A stretch of 24,000 nucleotides of DNA from Elusimicrobiota bacterium. GTDB taxonomy: Bacteria > Elusimicrobiota > Elusimicrobia > UBA1565 > UBA9628. The stretch is taken from assembly GCA_027327915.1 (NCBI GenBank), contig DAHVWT010000009.1, forward strand, positions 1-24,000. Direction: 5' to 3'. The position numbers were made by a program, and so were the translations under genes. Below are positions 15,083 through 22,624 of the stretch, in pieces; the stretch's first letter is position 1; the number at the start of each line of letters is the position of its first letter. The notes below the pieces were generated by a model that made no database searches, had not been told where the DNA came from, and saw only the letters and a program-made list of their open reading frames with translations.

Positions 15083-16180
15083 GAACCCTCCCCTTCGAGG
15101 GGGGCTGGAGGGGCGGGAGTGGACCGGATGTTCTTTTCTAAGACGTTGAAGGCTCCATCGTGCCTGCTCGGCGATCACCGGATCGGCATCCGCCGTCCTT
15201 TCCTGGAGCGCGGCGGCATGACGCGCGTCGCCCGAGTTTCCCATGGCGAGAAGAGTGTTGCGCAGGAGCCCCCGGAGCTTGATTCTTGCGGCCCCGGTCT
15301 TGGCGAAGCGATTCTGCCAGGCGATCACGTCCGTCCGGGCGAGCTCCGCGAGCGGGATTTCGCGGGCAGCCGCCGTCGCGAAAAGCGCGCCCGGGTTCGA
15401 GAACCGGTTGAAAGGGCAGACTTCCTGGCAGATGTCGCATCCCGCGACCCAGGAGCCGACGGATTCCCGGAGCGGTTCCGGGACGCTTCCGCGGTGCTCG
15501 ATCGTCAGATAGGAAACACAGCGGGCGGCGTCGAGGACGCGCTCCCGCGGGAAGGCTTGCGTCGGGCAGGCCTCGAGGCAGCGGTTGCAGCTCCCGCAGT
15601 GGTCCGGGAGGGGCTCGTCCGGGGGCAACTCCTGGTTGAGGGAGATGCCCGCGAGAAAAAAGTAGGAACCGACCGAGGGCGAGATCAGCATGCTGTTCTT
15701 GCCGACCCAACCCAGCCCCGCGAGCCGTCCGTAGAGCCGTTCAAGAACGGGGCTTGAGTCGACAAAGATGCGGCCGTCGATCGACGGGCATGACATCCGA
15801 AGCCATGAGAGCAAGGACTTCAGCCGCTTCTTGATTTCGCGATGGTAGTCGGCAAGGAGGCTGTAGCGGGAAAAGAGACCCGCAAGGGGGGAGGGACGTC
15901 CGGCGGGTTTCCCCGAGGCGTAGCGGAAGCCCAGAATGAGGACCGACCGGGCCTCGGGATGCCAGCGCCGGACGTCGGAGCGTCGCGCGGGATCCCGGGC
16001 CATGTACTCCATCGATCCTGCATAGCCGCGGGAGAGCCAGTCTTCGAGGGCGCGGGGCTCGGGAGCGTCGCGCGGAGGCTCGGCGGGAGCGATGCCGGCC
16101 ATGTCGGCGCCCAGTTCCAGGGCCTTAGCCTTGAGGTTTCGAGCGAGACGCGATGATTCGGTGTCAGTCGTTGACACCAA
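13751..16180 (-). CDS. queG: Continuous 809-codon ORF: N-terminal epoxyqueuosine reductase (QueG, about 16180..15083) with no stop codon before the Omp85-type barrel
   Basis: QueG features: LADYHREIKKRL, GWVGKNSMLISP, CGSCNRCLEACPTQA, YLTIEHRG and CDICQEVCPFN (2 x 4Fe-4S), plus a HEAT-like tail ending ARWSLQRLRKEH. Start is TTG 16180 or GTG 16177, just after the greA stop. Confidence 0.8.
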   Translation of the reverse strand: MVSTTDTESSRLARNLKAKALELGADMAGIAPAEPPRDAPEPRALEDWLSRGYAGSMEYMARDPARRSDVRRWHPEARSVLILGFRYASGKPAGRPSPLAGLFSRYSLLADYHREIKKRLKSLLSWLRMSCPSIDGRIFVDSSPVLERLYGRLAGLGWVGKNSMLISPSVGSYFFLAGISLNQELPPDEPLPDHCGSCNRCLEACPTQAFPRERVLDAARCVSYLTIEHRGSVPEPLRESVGSWVAGCDICQEVCPFNRFSNPGALFATAAAREIPLAELARTDVIAWQNRFAKTGAARIKLRGLLRNTLLAMGNSGDARHAAALQERTADADPVIAEQARWSLQRLRKEHPVHSRPSSPPRRGGFVRRALALLLFLSFLAGAAEAQETPQNLPESQVPEAPTPPRVVPPGAENPPSEATPWITRWMIHPISSGMFVNVPVIDEDPNRGTTAGIMPIWVKRKPGSDEIESITAPSFTGNPIYGFVGTYRYYYYPDAESQYNVEGSLTTQIEHDERFSYQSYNFLGKDINFLASVEDVVNASQHFWGFGPDSPESNQANYALHQTSLQVLGGYPLPPHGDWKIQLYNNYSSSRISDFQVPGLVDIGAVLPGYASIYPKQADEFGGSLYYDTRDNPVTPSRGAYMNIYADESAHGVLSSYSFQRYGFDGRYLFPLATPSHPSKQTWAGQLQYQEVRGTAPLWLLPNLGGEYSSRAYGLGRYTDNGMLALNIEDRINFYARKMAGVTTVFQFAPFAGVGTVFEDLPDAAYKYLRPVVGAAIRAVVKPQVVGTVDIGIGQEGVAVFTGINYPF
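15086..15112. repeat. Polypyrimidine/polypurine inverted repeat (copy 3) at the queG/barrel junction
   Basis: Plus strand ccctcccc-ttcga-gggggg-ct-ggaggg. ccctcc (15086..15091) pairs with ggaggg (15107..15112), or alternatively cccc with gggg around ttcga. This is weaker than copies 1 and 2. Confidence 0.35.
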
Positions 16181-16183
16181 ATT

Positions 16184-16651
16184 CTAGGCGGGTTCGATCT
16201 TTGAGACGCGGAAGCTGCGGGTGCCGGCGGGAAGCTGGACGGTCGCCTTCTCGCCGGTTTTCTTGCCCAGAAGACCCTGGGCCAGGGGTGAGAAGACGGA
16301 AATCTTGGATTCGGCGGGATCCGCCTCCTCGGCGCCCACGAGGATGTAGGAACTCTCGTCGCCGTCGTCGTCTTTGAGAGTGACCCGGCAGCCGATCGCG
16401 ACGGCGTCCTTGGGGCCCTTCGTCTCGTCGATGATCTTCGCCGTGCGTAGCTTCTCCTCCAGTTGGGCGATGCGGGTCATGACGAGACCCAGCTTCTCCT
16501 TGGCGCTGTGGTATTCCGCGTTTTCCTTGAGGTCGCCCTTCTCACGGGCCTCGGCGATATCCTTGGAGAGCTGGCGTTTCTGTTCGAGAAGAGGTCCCAT
16601 TTCCGCGCGCAGCTTCTCGAAGCCCGCCCGCGTGACGTAGGTTTCAGCCAT
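16184..16651 (-). CDS. greA: Transcription elongation factor GreA
   Basis: ATG 16651 preceded by AAGAGG. MAETYVTRAGFEKLRAEM...DLKENAEYHSAKE...ISVFSPLAQGLLGKKTGE, 155 aa. Confidence 0.92.
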   Translation of the reverse strand: MAETYVTRAGFEKLRAEMGPLLEQKRQLSKDIAEAREKGDLKENAEYHSAKEKLGLVMTRIAQLEEKLRTAKIIDETKGPKDAVAIGCRVTLKDDDGDESSYILVGAEEADPAESKISVFSPLAQGLLGKKTGEKATVQLPAGTRSFRVSKIEPA

Positions 16652-16661
16652 GACCTCTTTT

Positions 16662-16690
16662 TTTATACAAATTTTCGATAAAAAGGCCAA
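16662..16690 (-). promoter_or_regulatory. Candidate sigma70 promoter for greA inside the 3' end of birA (TTGGCC-N17-TATAAA)
   Basis: Minus sense ttggcc (16690..16685), 17-nt spacer, tataaa (16667..16662), in the only AT-rich patch of this region, 10 nt upstream of the greA ATG. Confidence 0.3.
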
Positions 16691-17259
16691 AATTCCGCCA
16701 TCAAGCGGCGAAGCATCCCGTCGACGCTCAGGCGTCGGCGGGCGAAGCTCTCCAGATTCGCGGCTCTGGCGGCAAGCTTGCCAGGGATGGGATTGGCGAT
16801 GTTGAGGCCTACGCCGACAACGATCCAATCGAGGCGCCGGGAGCCTCCGCGGGCCTCGACGAGAATGCCGCACGCTTTTTTAGGCGGCGCGCCGTCATCT
16901 TGCGGATCGTAAACGAACACGTCGTTGGGAGGCTTGACCACCGCCGTGAGCCCCGTTTCTCGGACGATCGCGAGGGCGGCGGCCTGGGCGGTCCAGAGGC
17001 TCAAGGCGGCGAGCCTGGAGGGGGAAAGCCTCCGGTTCTTGAGAATGAGGGACATGTAGAGACCGCCGGGGCTCGACTTCCAGCGCCGGAGCATCCGTCC
17101 GCGCCCGCGGCTCTGCCGGTCGGCCCAGACGAGGGTCCGGTCGGCGGCCGTTCCATTCTCGAGGAGGGATCTCGCGTAGTCCTGGGTGGACGGGAGCTCG
17201 GCGAAATGGCGGAGTCTCGCGACGCCTGGAATCGGCGCGGTTCTATCGTGGCTTGGCAT
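16663..17259 (-). CDS. birA: Biotin--[acetyl-CoA-carboxylase] ligase, short catalytic-domain-only form
   Basis: ELPSTQDYA, GRGRMLRRWKSSPGGLYMSL (GRGRxGRxWxSP motif), KPPNDVFV and KACGILVE. 198 aa, with no N-terminal HTH. 17-nt overlap with the uvrB 3' end. Confidence 0.8.
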   Translation of the reverse strand: MPSHDRTAPIPGVARLRHFAELPSTQDYARSLLENGTAADRTLVWADRQSRGRGRMLRRWKSSPGGLYMSLILKNRRLSPSRLAALSLWTAQAAALAIVRETGLTAVVKPPNDVFVYDPQDDGAPPKKACGILVEARGGSRRLDWIVVGVGLNIANPIPGKLAARAANLESFARRRLSVDGMLRRLMAEFWPFYRKFV

Positions 17260-19282
17260 GAGCCGCCTTCCGGGGCCGGGGCCCGCTCCGGCTGGGCGTT
17301 CCCCGGACGGACATGTCGCGCAGGCTGAAGAGCTCGTCGCGCAGGATCGTCGCGAGCTCGAAGTCGAGGTTGTCCGCGGCTTCCTTCATGCGAGCCTCGA
17401 TCTCCTCCATCACGACCGGGACGTCGGCTGGCTTGAGAGGGCGCTCGGCGTCGCGCAGGAGGGAGAGCCCGGCGCGCCTGGTTTCCACCTCGAACTCCTC
17501 CATCTCCCTGACGGCCTTGACGATCGTCTTGGGCGTGATGCCGTGCTGGGCGTTGTAGGCAAGCTGTTTGTCGCGGCGGCGGTTCATCTCGGAAAGCGCC
17601 CGCTCGATCGAGCCCGTCTGTCGGTCCGCGTAGAGGACGACCTGGCCTCCGGCGTTCCTCGAGGCGCGCCCCGCGATCTGGATCAGCGTCGTCTCCGAGC
17701 GCAGGAAGCCCTCGTGGTCCGCGCCCAGGATCGCGACGAGGGAGACCTCCGGCAGATCGAGGCCCTCCCGCAGGAGGTTGATGCCGACGAGGATGTCGAA
17801 CTTCCCTTCCCGAAGCTCCTTGAGAATCTGGATGCGCTCCAAGGGCTCGATGTCGGAGTGAAGGTATCTCACGCGCAGGCCCTTGCCCGCGAGGAATTCG
17901 GTGAGGTCCTCCGCCGTCCTCTTCGTGAGCGTCGTCACGAGCGTGCGCTCGCCCTTCCGGGCGCGGGCCTCGACGCGGCCGATGAGATCCTCGAGCTGCC
18001 CCTCGGAGGGCTTGAGGATGGTCTCGGGGTCGACAAGACCCGTGGGGCGGATGATTTGCTCGGCGACCTCCCCTTGCGCGCGGGCGAGCTCGTAGGGCCC
18101 GGGTGTCGCGGAGACAAACAGCGTCTGGGGCATGAGAGCCTCGAACTCCCCGAACTTGAGCGGCCGGTTGTCGAGGGCCGAGGGCAGGCGGAAGCCGAAG
18201 TCGATGAGAGTCTGCTTGCGGGAGCGGTCGCCTTCGTACATCCCCGCCAGCTGCGGCACGGCGACGTGCGACTCGTCGATGACGAGGAGGAAGTCCTTGG
18301 GGAAATAGTCCAGGAGACAGAAAGGCCTCTCCCCGGAGGCCCGGCCGGAGAGATGGCGGGAATAGTTCTCGATTCCGTGGCAGTAGCCGGCGATGCGCAG
18401 CATCTCGAGGTCGTGCCGCGTCCGTTGTTCGATCCTTTCCGCCTCAAGGGGGAGGTCCCGGGATTTGAAATAGCCGACGCGCTCCCTCATTTCGTTCTCG
18501 ATCGCCCCAAGCGCGCGCTCGAGCTCGGAGCCCGGGGTCACGAAATGCTTGGCGGGATAGATCCAGGCTTCGCGGAGCGGCTTGAGTTTCCGCCCGCTCA
18601 AGGGATCGATCTCGAAGAGTTGCGCGACGCCGTCGTCCCCAAGCTCGAGGCGAAGCCCTGTCTCCTCGTGAGCGGGAAAGACGTCCACCGCGGCGCCCTT
18701 CGCGCGGAATTTTCCGCGGGCGAACTCCGTCTCATTGCGCTCGTAGTGCATGCGCACGAGCCGCTGGAAAAGCTCCGAGCGTCCGGTTTTCATGCCGGGA
18801 GAAATCCTCAAGGCCTCTTCCCGCCAGTTCTCGGGAGAGCCGATGTTGTAGATGCAGGAGACCGAGGCCACGACGACCGCGTCGCGCCGCGATAAAAGCG
18901 AGCCGGTCGCCTTGAGGCGCAGGCGGTCGATCTGCTGGTTGATCGAGGCGTCCTTCTCGATGTAGGTGTCCGTCTGCGGGACATAGGCCTCGGGCTGATA
19001 ATAATCGTAGTAGGAAATGAAGAACTCGACGGCGTTTTCGGGGAAAAAAGACTTGAACTCCGCGTAAAGCTGGGAGGCGAGGACTTTGTTCGGAGAGATG
19101 ACCAGGGCCGGCCGGTTCAGGGATGCGATCATATGGGCCGTGGTAAAGGTCTTTCCCGATCCCGTGACGCCCAGAAGGACCTGGGACTTGGCGCCTTCCC
19201 GGAATCGCCGGGTCAGCGTCTCGATCGCCCCGGGCTGATCTCCGGCGGGCTTGAATTTGGAGGCGAGCTTAAACGTCGTCAT
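17243..19282 (-). CDS. uvrB: Excinuclease ABC subunit B (UvrB)
   Basis: FKPAGDQPGAI, GVTGSGKTF, YYDYYQPEAY, DESH, LREGLDLPEV and the C-terminal UVR domain FELATILRDEL. 679 aa. Confidence 0.95.
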   Translation of the reverse strand: MTTFKLASKFKPAGDQPGAIETLTRRFREGAKSQVLLGVTGSGKTFTTAHMIASLNRPALVISPNKVLASQLYAEFKSFFPENAVEFFISYYDYYQPEAYVPQTDTYIEKDASINQQIDRLRLKATGSLLSRRDAVVVASVSCIYNIGSPENWREEALRISPGMKTGRSELFQRLVRMHYERNETEFARGKFRAKGAAVDVFPAHEETGLRLELGDDGVAQLFEIDPLSGRKLKPLREAWIYPAKHFVTPGSELERALGAIENEMRERVGYFKSRDLPLEAERIEQRTRHDLEMLRIAGYCHGIENYSRHLSGRASGERPFCLLDYFPKDFLLVIDESHVAVPQLAGMYEGDRSRKQTLIDFGFRLPSALDNRPLKFGEFEALMPQTLFVSATPGPYELARAQGEVAEQIIRPTGLVDPETILKPSEGQLEDLIGRVEARARKGERTLVTTLTKRTAEDLTEFLAGKGLRVRYLHSDIEPLERIQILKELREGKFDILVGINLLREGLDLPEVSLVAILGADHEGFLRSETTLIQIAGRASRNAGGQVVLYADRQTGSIERALSEMNRRRDKQLAYNAQHGITPKTIVKAVREMEEFEVETRRAGLSLLRDAERPLKPADVPVVMEEIEARMKEAADNLDFELATILRDELFSLRDMSVRGTPSRSGPRPRKAAHAKPR

Positions 19283-20012
19283 GGGCTTGAAGCAGCTCGC
19301 GCGCCTCGTCGGCGAGCCGCGAGAAATGTTCGGCCATTCTCGGCTGGCGGCTCTCGAGGGCGGGCAGGATTTTGATCCTCAGCCAATTGCGAAGCAAGCG
19401 CGTCTCGAAATTAGAGCGGTCGATCTTGTAGCGCAGGCCGTGTCGCCGCAAATATTCCAGGACATCGGCGCGCCTCAGGGTGAGAAGGGGGCGGATGAGC
19501 TTGATTTTCCCCGCCAAGGGCCTCTCGGGGGGCATGGCGGCCAGAGAGCGCAGGCTCCCTCCGCGAAGGAGGTTGAGGAGGACCGTCTCCGCCTGGTCGT
19601 CCATGTGATGGGCGACGGCGACCTTGTTGAGGCGCAGCCGGCGCGCCTCCCGGGAGAGGGCCTCGTAGCGGGCTTTGCGCGCGGCCTCCTCGATGCCGGC
19701 CCCGCGAGCCGTGGCGAGGCCGCGAGCGTCGACCCTCAAGATGGAGGCCTGGAGGCCCAGCGCCGCCGCGAGCTTGGAGACGAAGGCCGCCTCGCGGTCC
19801 GCTTCGGGGCGCAGTCCGTGATGGACATAGGCGAGCGACAGCTTAAATCCGAGCTTGCGGCGGCGGGAGACGAGGTAATGGGCCAGGCAGACGGAGTCCG
19901 GCCCGCCGGAGACGGCCGCGAGCACCCCGCCGCCGCCCCGAAGAAGGCCGACGGACTTCTCAAAGCGCATGAGCTTGGACCAAACTCGCGCCGCGAATTC
20001 CCCGCGCCTCAT
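19269..20012 (-). CDS. tilS: tRNA(Ile)-lysidine synthetase (TilS), short form
   Basis: PP-loop AAVSGGPDSVCL, VAHHMDDQAETVLLNLLRG and IRPLL. Start chosen at ATG 20012 (MRRGEFAARV...); ATG 20042 and ATG 20066 are also in frame. The ORF-track start at 20444 would overlap trpS. 14-nt overlap with the uvrB start. Confidence 0.75.
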   Translation of the reverse strand: MRRGEFAARVWSKLMRFEKSVGLLRGGGGVLAAVSGGPDSVCLAHYLVSRRRKLGFKLSLAYVHHGLRPEADREAAFVSKLAAALGLQASILRVDARGLATARGAGIEEAARKARYEALSREARRLRLNKVAVAHHMDDQAETVLLNLLRGGSLRSLAAMPPERPLAGKIKLIRPLLTLRRADVLEYLRRHGLRYKIDRSNFETRLLRNWLRIKILPALESRQPRMAEHFSRLADEARELLQAHDDV

Positions 20013-20072
20013 CCTTGGAGCCTCGGCATGCCTCCATGCCATTGTCTCATAAAAAGCTAGAATCATCCACCA

Positions 20073-21209
20073 ATGGCGGCAGGGAGCGTCGTCTTTTCGG
20101 GCATGCGGCCCACGGGCCGGCTGCACCTGGGCAACTACTGGGGCGCTCTTAAGAATTGGGTCGATCTGAGCCGGGACCATGCGTGCTATTTCTGCGTGGT
20201 CGACTGGCACATGCTCACGACGGGCTACGAGGAGACCTCGGGCCTGCAGGTCAATATCCGCGAGATGGTCCTCGATTGGCTCGCGGCCGGGCTCGACCCC
20301 GCCCGCTGCGTCATCTTCAGGCAGTCGAGCGTCGCGGAGCACGCCGAATTGGCGCTCCTTTTGAGCATGACGACGCCGCTCTCGTGGCTCGAGAACAACC
20401 CGACGTGGAAGGAGCAGCTCCAGGAGCTCGCCAAGACCAAGCATGGGATATTGACCGAACCTAAGAAGGGCAAGGGGCCCCTTGAAGGCTTGAGTGAACC
20501 TTCAGTCCAATACGGCAAGGTTGCCGCGGAGGTCCTTTCCGAACAGGAGCGTAAAGCCTATATCGATCGTTCGTTGAGGACATCCGGCTTTTTGTTCTAC
20601 CCCGTCCTCCAGGCGGCGGACATCCTGCTCTACGGCGGGACGCTCGTGCCGGTGGGACAGGACCAACTCCCGCACATCGAGCTCGCCCGCGAGATCGCGC
20701 GGCGCTTCAACTCGATCTACGGGCAGGTGTTCCCGGAGCCCAAGCCCCTTTTGACTCCCGCGCCCCGCGTCCAGGGAGTCGACGGCCGGAAGATGTCGAA
20801 GTCCTACGGCAACGGCATCGAGCTGGCCGAGCCGCCGGAATCGCTCAAGACCAAGGTCATGGGCGCCTACACCGACCCGAAGAAGATCCGCGCCGCGGAC
20901 CCGGGCCACCCCGAGCCGTGCCCCGAAAATCCCCCCGGCTGCTCCATTTTCGCTCTCCATAAACTCTATAATACGACGTGGGAAAAACGGCGCGTCGAGT
21001 GCATGGAGGGACGGATCGGCTGCGTCGCCTGCAAGCGGGACTTGCTGGCGCATCTCGATGGGCCGTTTCGCGAGTTCCGGGAAAAGAGGGAGTCCATTGA
21101 GCGCGCGGCCGGCGAGGTCGACCGGATTCTGGACGACGGGGCCAAGCGCGCCCGCGCCGTCGCGGCGGAGACGATGAAGCGCGTGCGCCGCGCGATGAGG
21201 CTCGCGTAA
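20073..21209 (+). CDS. trpS: Tryptophan--tRNA ligase (TrpRS), long form with a C-terminal Cys cluster
   Basis: GMRPTGRLHLGNYWG (HIGH-type), VDWHMLT, YPVLQAADILLY, GQDQLPHIELAREIARRFN and KMSKS. 378 aa. Confidence 0.92.
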   Translation: MAAGSVVFSGMRPTGRLHLGNYWGALKNWVDLSRDHACYFCVVDWHMLTTGYEETSGLQVNIREMVLDWLAAGLDPARCVIFRQSSVAEHAELALLLSMTTPLSWLENNPTWKEQLQELAKTKHGILTEPKKGKGPLEGLSEPSVQYGKVAAEVLSEQERKAYIDRSLRTSGFLFYPVLQAADILLYGGTLVPVGQDQLPHIELAREIARRFNSIYGQVFPEPKPLLTPAPRVQGVDGRKMSKSYGNGIELAEPPESLKTKVMGAYTDPKKIRAADPGHPEPCPENPPGCSIFALHKLYNTTWEKRRVECMEGRIGCVACKRDLLAHLDGPFREFREKRESIERAAGEVDRILDDGAKRARAVAAETMKRVRRAMRLA

Positions 21210-21210
21210 A

Positions 21211-21945
21211 GTGAACACGAGCCAAGACACGACCGGCTTCGACGTCCATCTCGACGTCTTCGAGGGCCCGCTCGATCTGCTGCTTTTCCTGATCAAGAAG
21301 GAAGATCTCGACATCTACAACATCCCGATCGCCCGGATCACCCACGAGTATCTCTCTTACATCGAACTCATGAAAGAGCTCAGTCTCGACGTGGCGGGGG
21401 AGTTTTTGGTCCTGGCTTCGACCTTGATGGCGATCAAGGCGCGCATGCTCGTTCCGTCGAAGTCCGAGGAATCCCAAGAGGAGCCGGACCCGCGGGCCGA
21501 GCTCGTCGCCAAGCTCCTCGAGTACCAGAAATTCAAGGAGGCGTCGTCCTTCCTCGAGCGGAGAATGGAGGAGTTCTCCGGCATCCACTACAGGGGCGCC
21601 CCGCATTTCGACGACTCGGAGAAGACTCTCGGGATCGGCCCCTTCGCTCTTCTCGACGCCCTGAAGCGCGTCCTCGACGGGGCGGATCTGCCCGCGAGGG
21701 AGGTCGAGGGCGAGACGTGCCCGATCGAACCCCGCATGGAGCGGATCCTCTCTCTTCTCGATGCCAAGGACTGCGTGAGTTTGGACGAGGCCTTCGCGGG
21801 AGAAACCCGGCGCCGCGGGATCATCGCGGTTTTTCTCGCCATGCTCGAGCTCTTGAAGCTGCAGAAAATCTCCATACGCCAGGAGGAGCACTTGGGGCCC
21901 GTCCTGATATTCAAGAAGGAGGTCGAGGTCGATGCCGCCGTCTGA
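21211..21945 (+). CDS. scpA: Segregation and condensation protein A (ScpA kleisin)
   Basis: GTG 21211, 1 nt after the trpS stop. FEGPLDLLLFLIKKEDLDIYNIPIARIT.EYL and AGEFLVLASTLMAIKARMLVP. Confidence 0.9.
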   Translation: MNTSQDTTGFDVHLDVFEGPLDLLLFLIKKEDLDIYNIPIARITHEYLSYIELMKELSLDVAGEFLVLASTLMAIKARMLVPSKSEESQEEPDPRAELVAKLLEYQKFKEASSFLERRMEEFSGIHYRGAPHFDDSEKTLGIGPFALLDALKRVLDGADLPAREVEGETCPIEPRMERILSLLDAKDCVSLDEAFAGETRRRGIIAVFLAMLELLKLQKISIRQEEHLGPVLIFKKEVEVDAAV

Positions 21946-22624
21946 GCGGGAGATTCCGCAAGAACAAGGATCGGATTTGAAGAAAATCGTCGAGGCGCTT
22001 CTCTTCATCACCGAGAAGCCTTTAAGCGTCGACGACATCTGCCGCGTGGCGGGCCGCAAGGACCAGGACCAGGTTTCCCGCATCGTCGCGGAGCTGGGGC
22101 GGGAGGCCGAAGAGAACGGCCGAGGCTTCCGGCTCATGGAGGTCGCCGGGGGCTTCCAAATGGCGACGAGGCCCGAGGCGGCGCCGTTCGTCCGGAAGCT
22201 TTACGCCGAGAAGATGACGCTGCGGCTTTCTCATGCCGCCTTGGAAACCCTGGCGATCATCGCCTACCGCCAGCCCATCACCCGGGCGGAGGTCGAGGAA
22301 GTCCGCGGCGTCGACGCGCTCTCCGCTCTCGAGACGCTGCTCGAAAAGGGATTCGTGAAGGTCGCCGGGCGCCGCGAAAGCTTGGGGCGCCCTCTCCTCT
22401 ACGGCACGACTCCCGATTTCTTGCGCCGTTTCGGGCTCAAGAGCCTGTCGGAGCTGCCGCCGATCGATTCCTTCGCGCCCGCGAAGGCCGAGGGATCTCC
22501 CGCCGCGGATCAGACGGCCGCTCCGGAATCCGCCACGGCGGCCGAACCGCCGTCCTCCGCGACGGACGACGCCCTCCAAGTCCCCGCCGACCAGCCGAGT
22601 GAGGATACTCCAGGCGGCGTCTGA
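21932..22624 (+). CDS. scpB: Segregation and condensation protein B (ScpB)
   Basis: IVEALLFITEKPLSVDDI, GFRLMEVAGGFQMATRPE, LSHAALETLAIIAYRQPITRAEVEEVRGV and LGRPLLYGTTPDFLRRFGL. 14-nt overlap with scpA. Confidence 0.9.
   Translation: MPPSEREIPQEQGSDLKKIVEALLFITEKPLSVDDICRVAGRKDQDQVSRIVAELGREAEENGRGFRLMEVAGGFQMATRPEAAPFVRKLYAEKMTLRLSHAALETLAIIAYRQPITRAEVEEVRGVDALSALETLLEKGFVKVAGRRESLGRPLLYGTTPDFLRRFGLKSLSELPPIDSFAPAKAEGSPAADQTAAPESATAAEPPSSATDDALQVPADQPSEDTPGGV

Noticed and set aside
16167-16172. Perfect TTGACA hexamer on the plus strand at the greA/queG junction
   Set aside because: No acceptable -10 lies at 16-18 nt (tcgatc/ttcgat), and there is no plus-strand gene downstream.
16652-16873. 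Upstream ORF-track extensions of greA (to 16873), the hydrolase (to 13974), the C11 peptidase (to 11551) and tilS (to 20444)
   Set aside because: The extensions are Arg/Pro-rich and overlap the preceding genes. Internal ATGs with SD sequences and conserved N-termini or signal peptides give the expected protein lengths.
17186-18895. 569-aa plus-strand ORF. Similar long shadow ORFs occur at 1117..2136, 2152..3030, 6450..7436, 20857..22137 (minus strand), 15119..15757 and 23334..23930 (minus strand)
   Set aside because: All lie antisense to genes with unambiguous homology (uvrB, pcrA/uvrD, RR/motA, trpS-scpA, queG, glgA). All have Arg/Gly/Pro-rich shadow-frame composition.
20025-20040. Small inverted repeat ggcatg-cctc-catgcc between tilS and trpS
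   Set aside because: It has only 6-bp arms and may lie inside the tilS coding sequence, depending on the start used. It is not distinguishable from chance.
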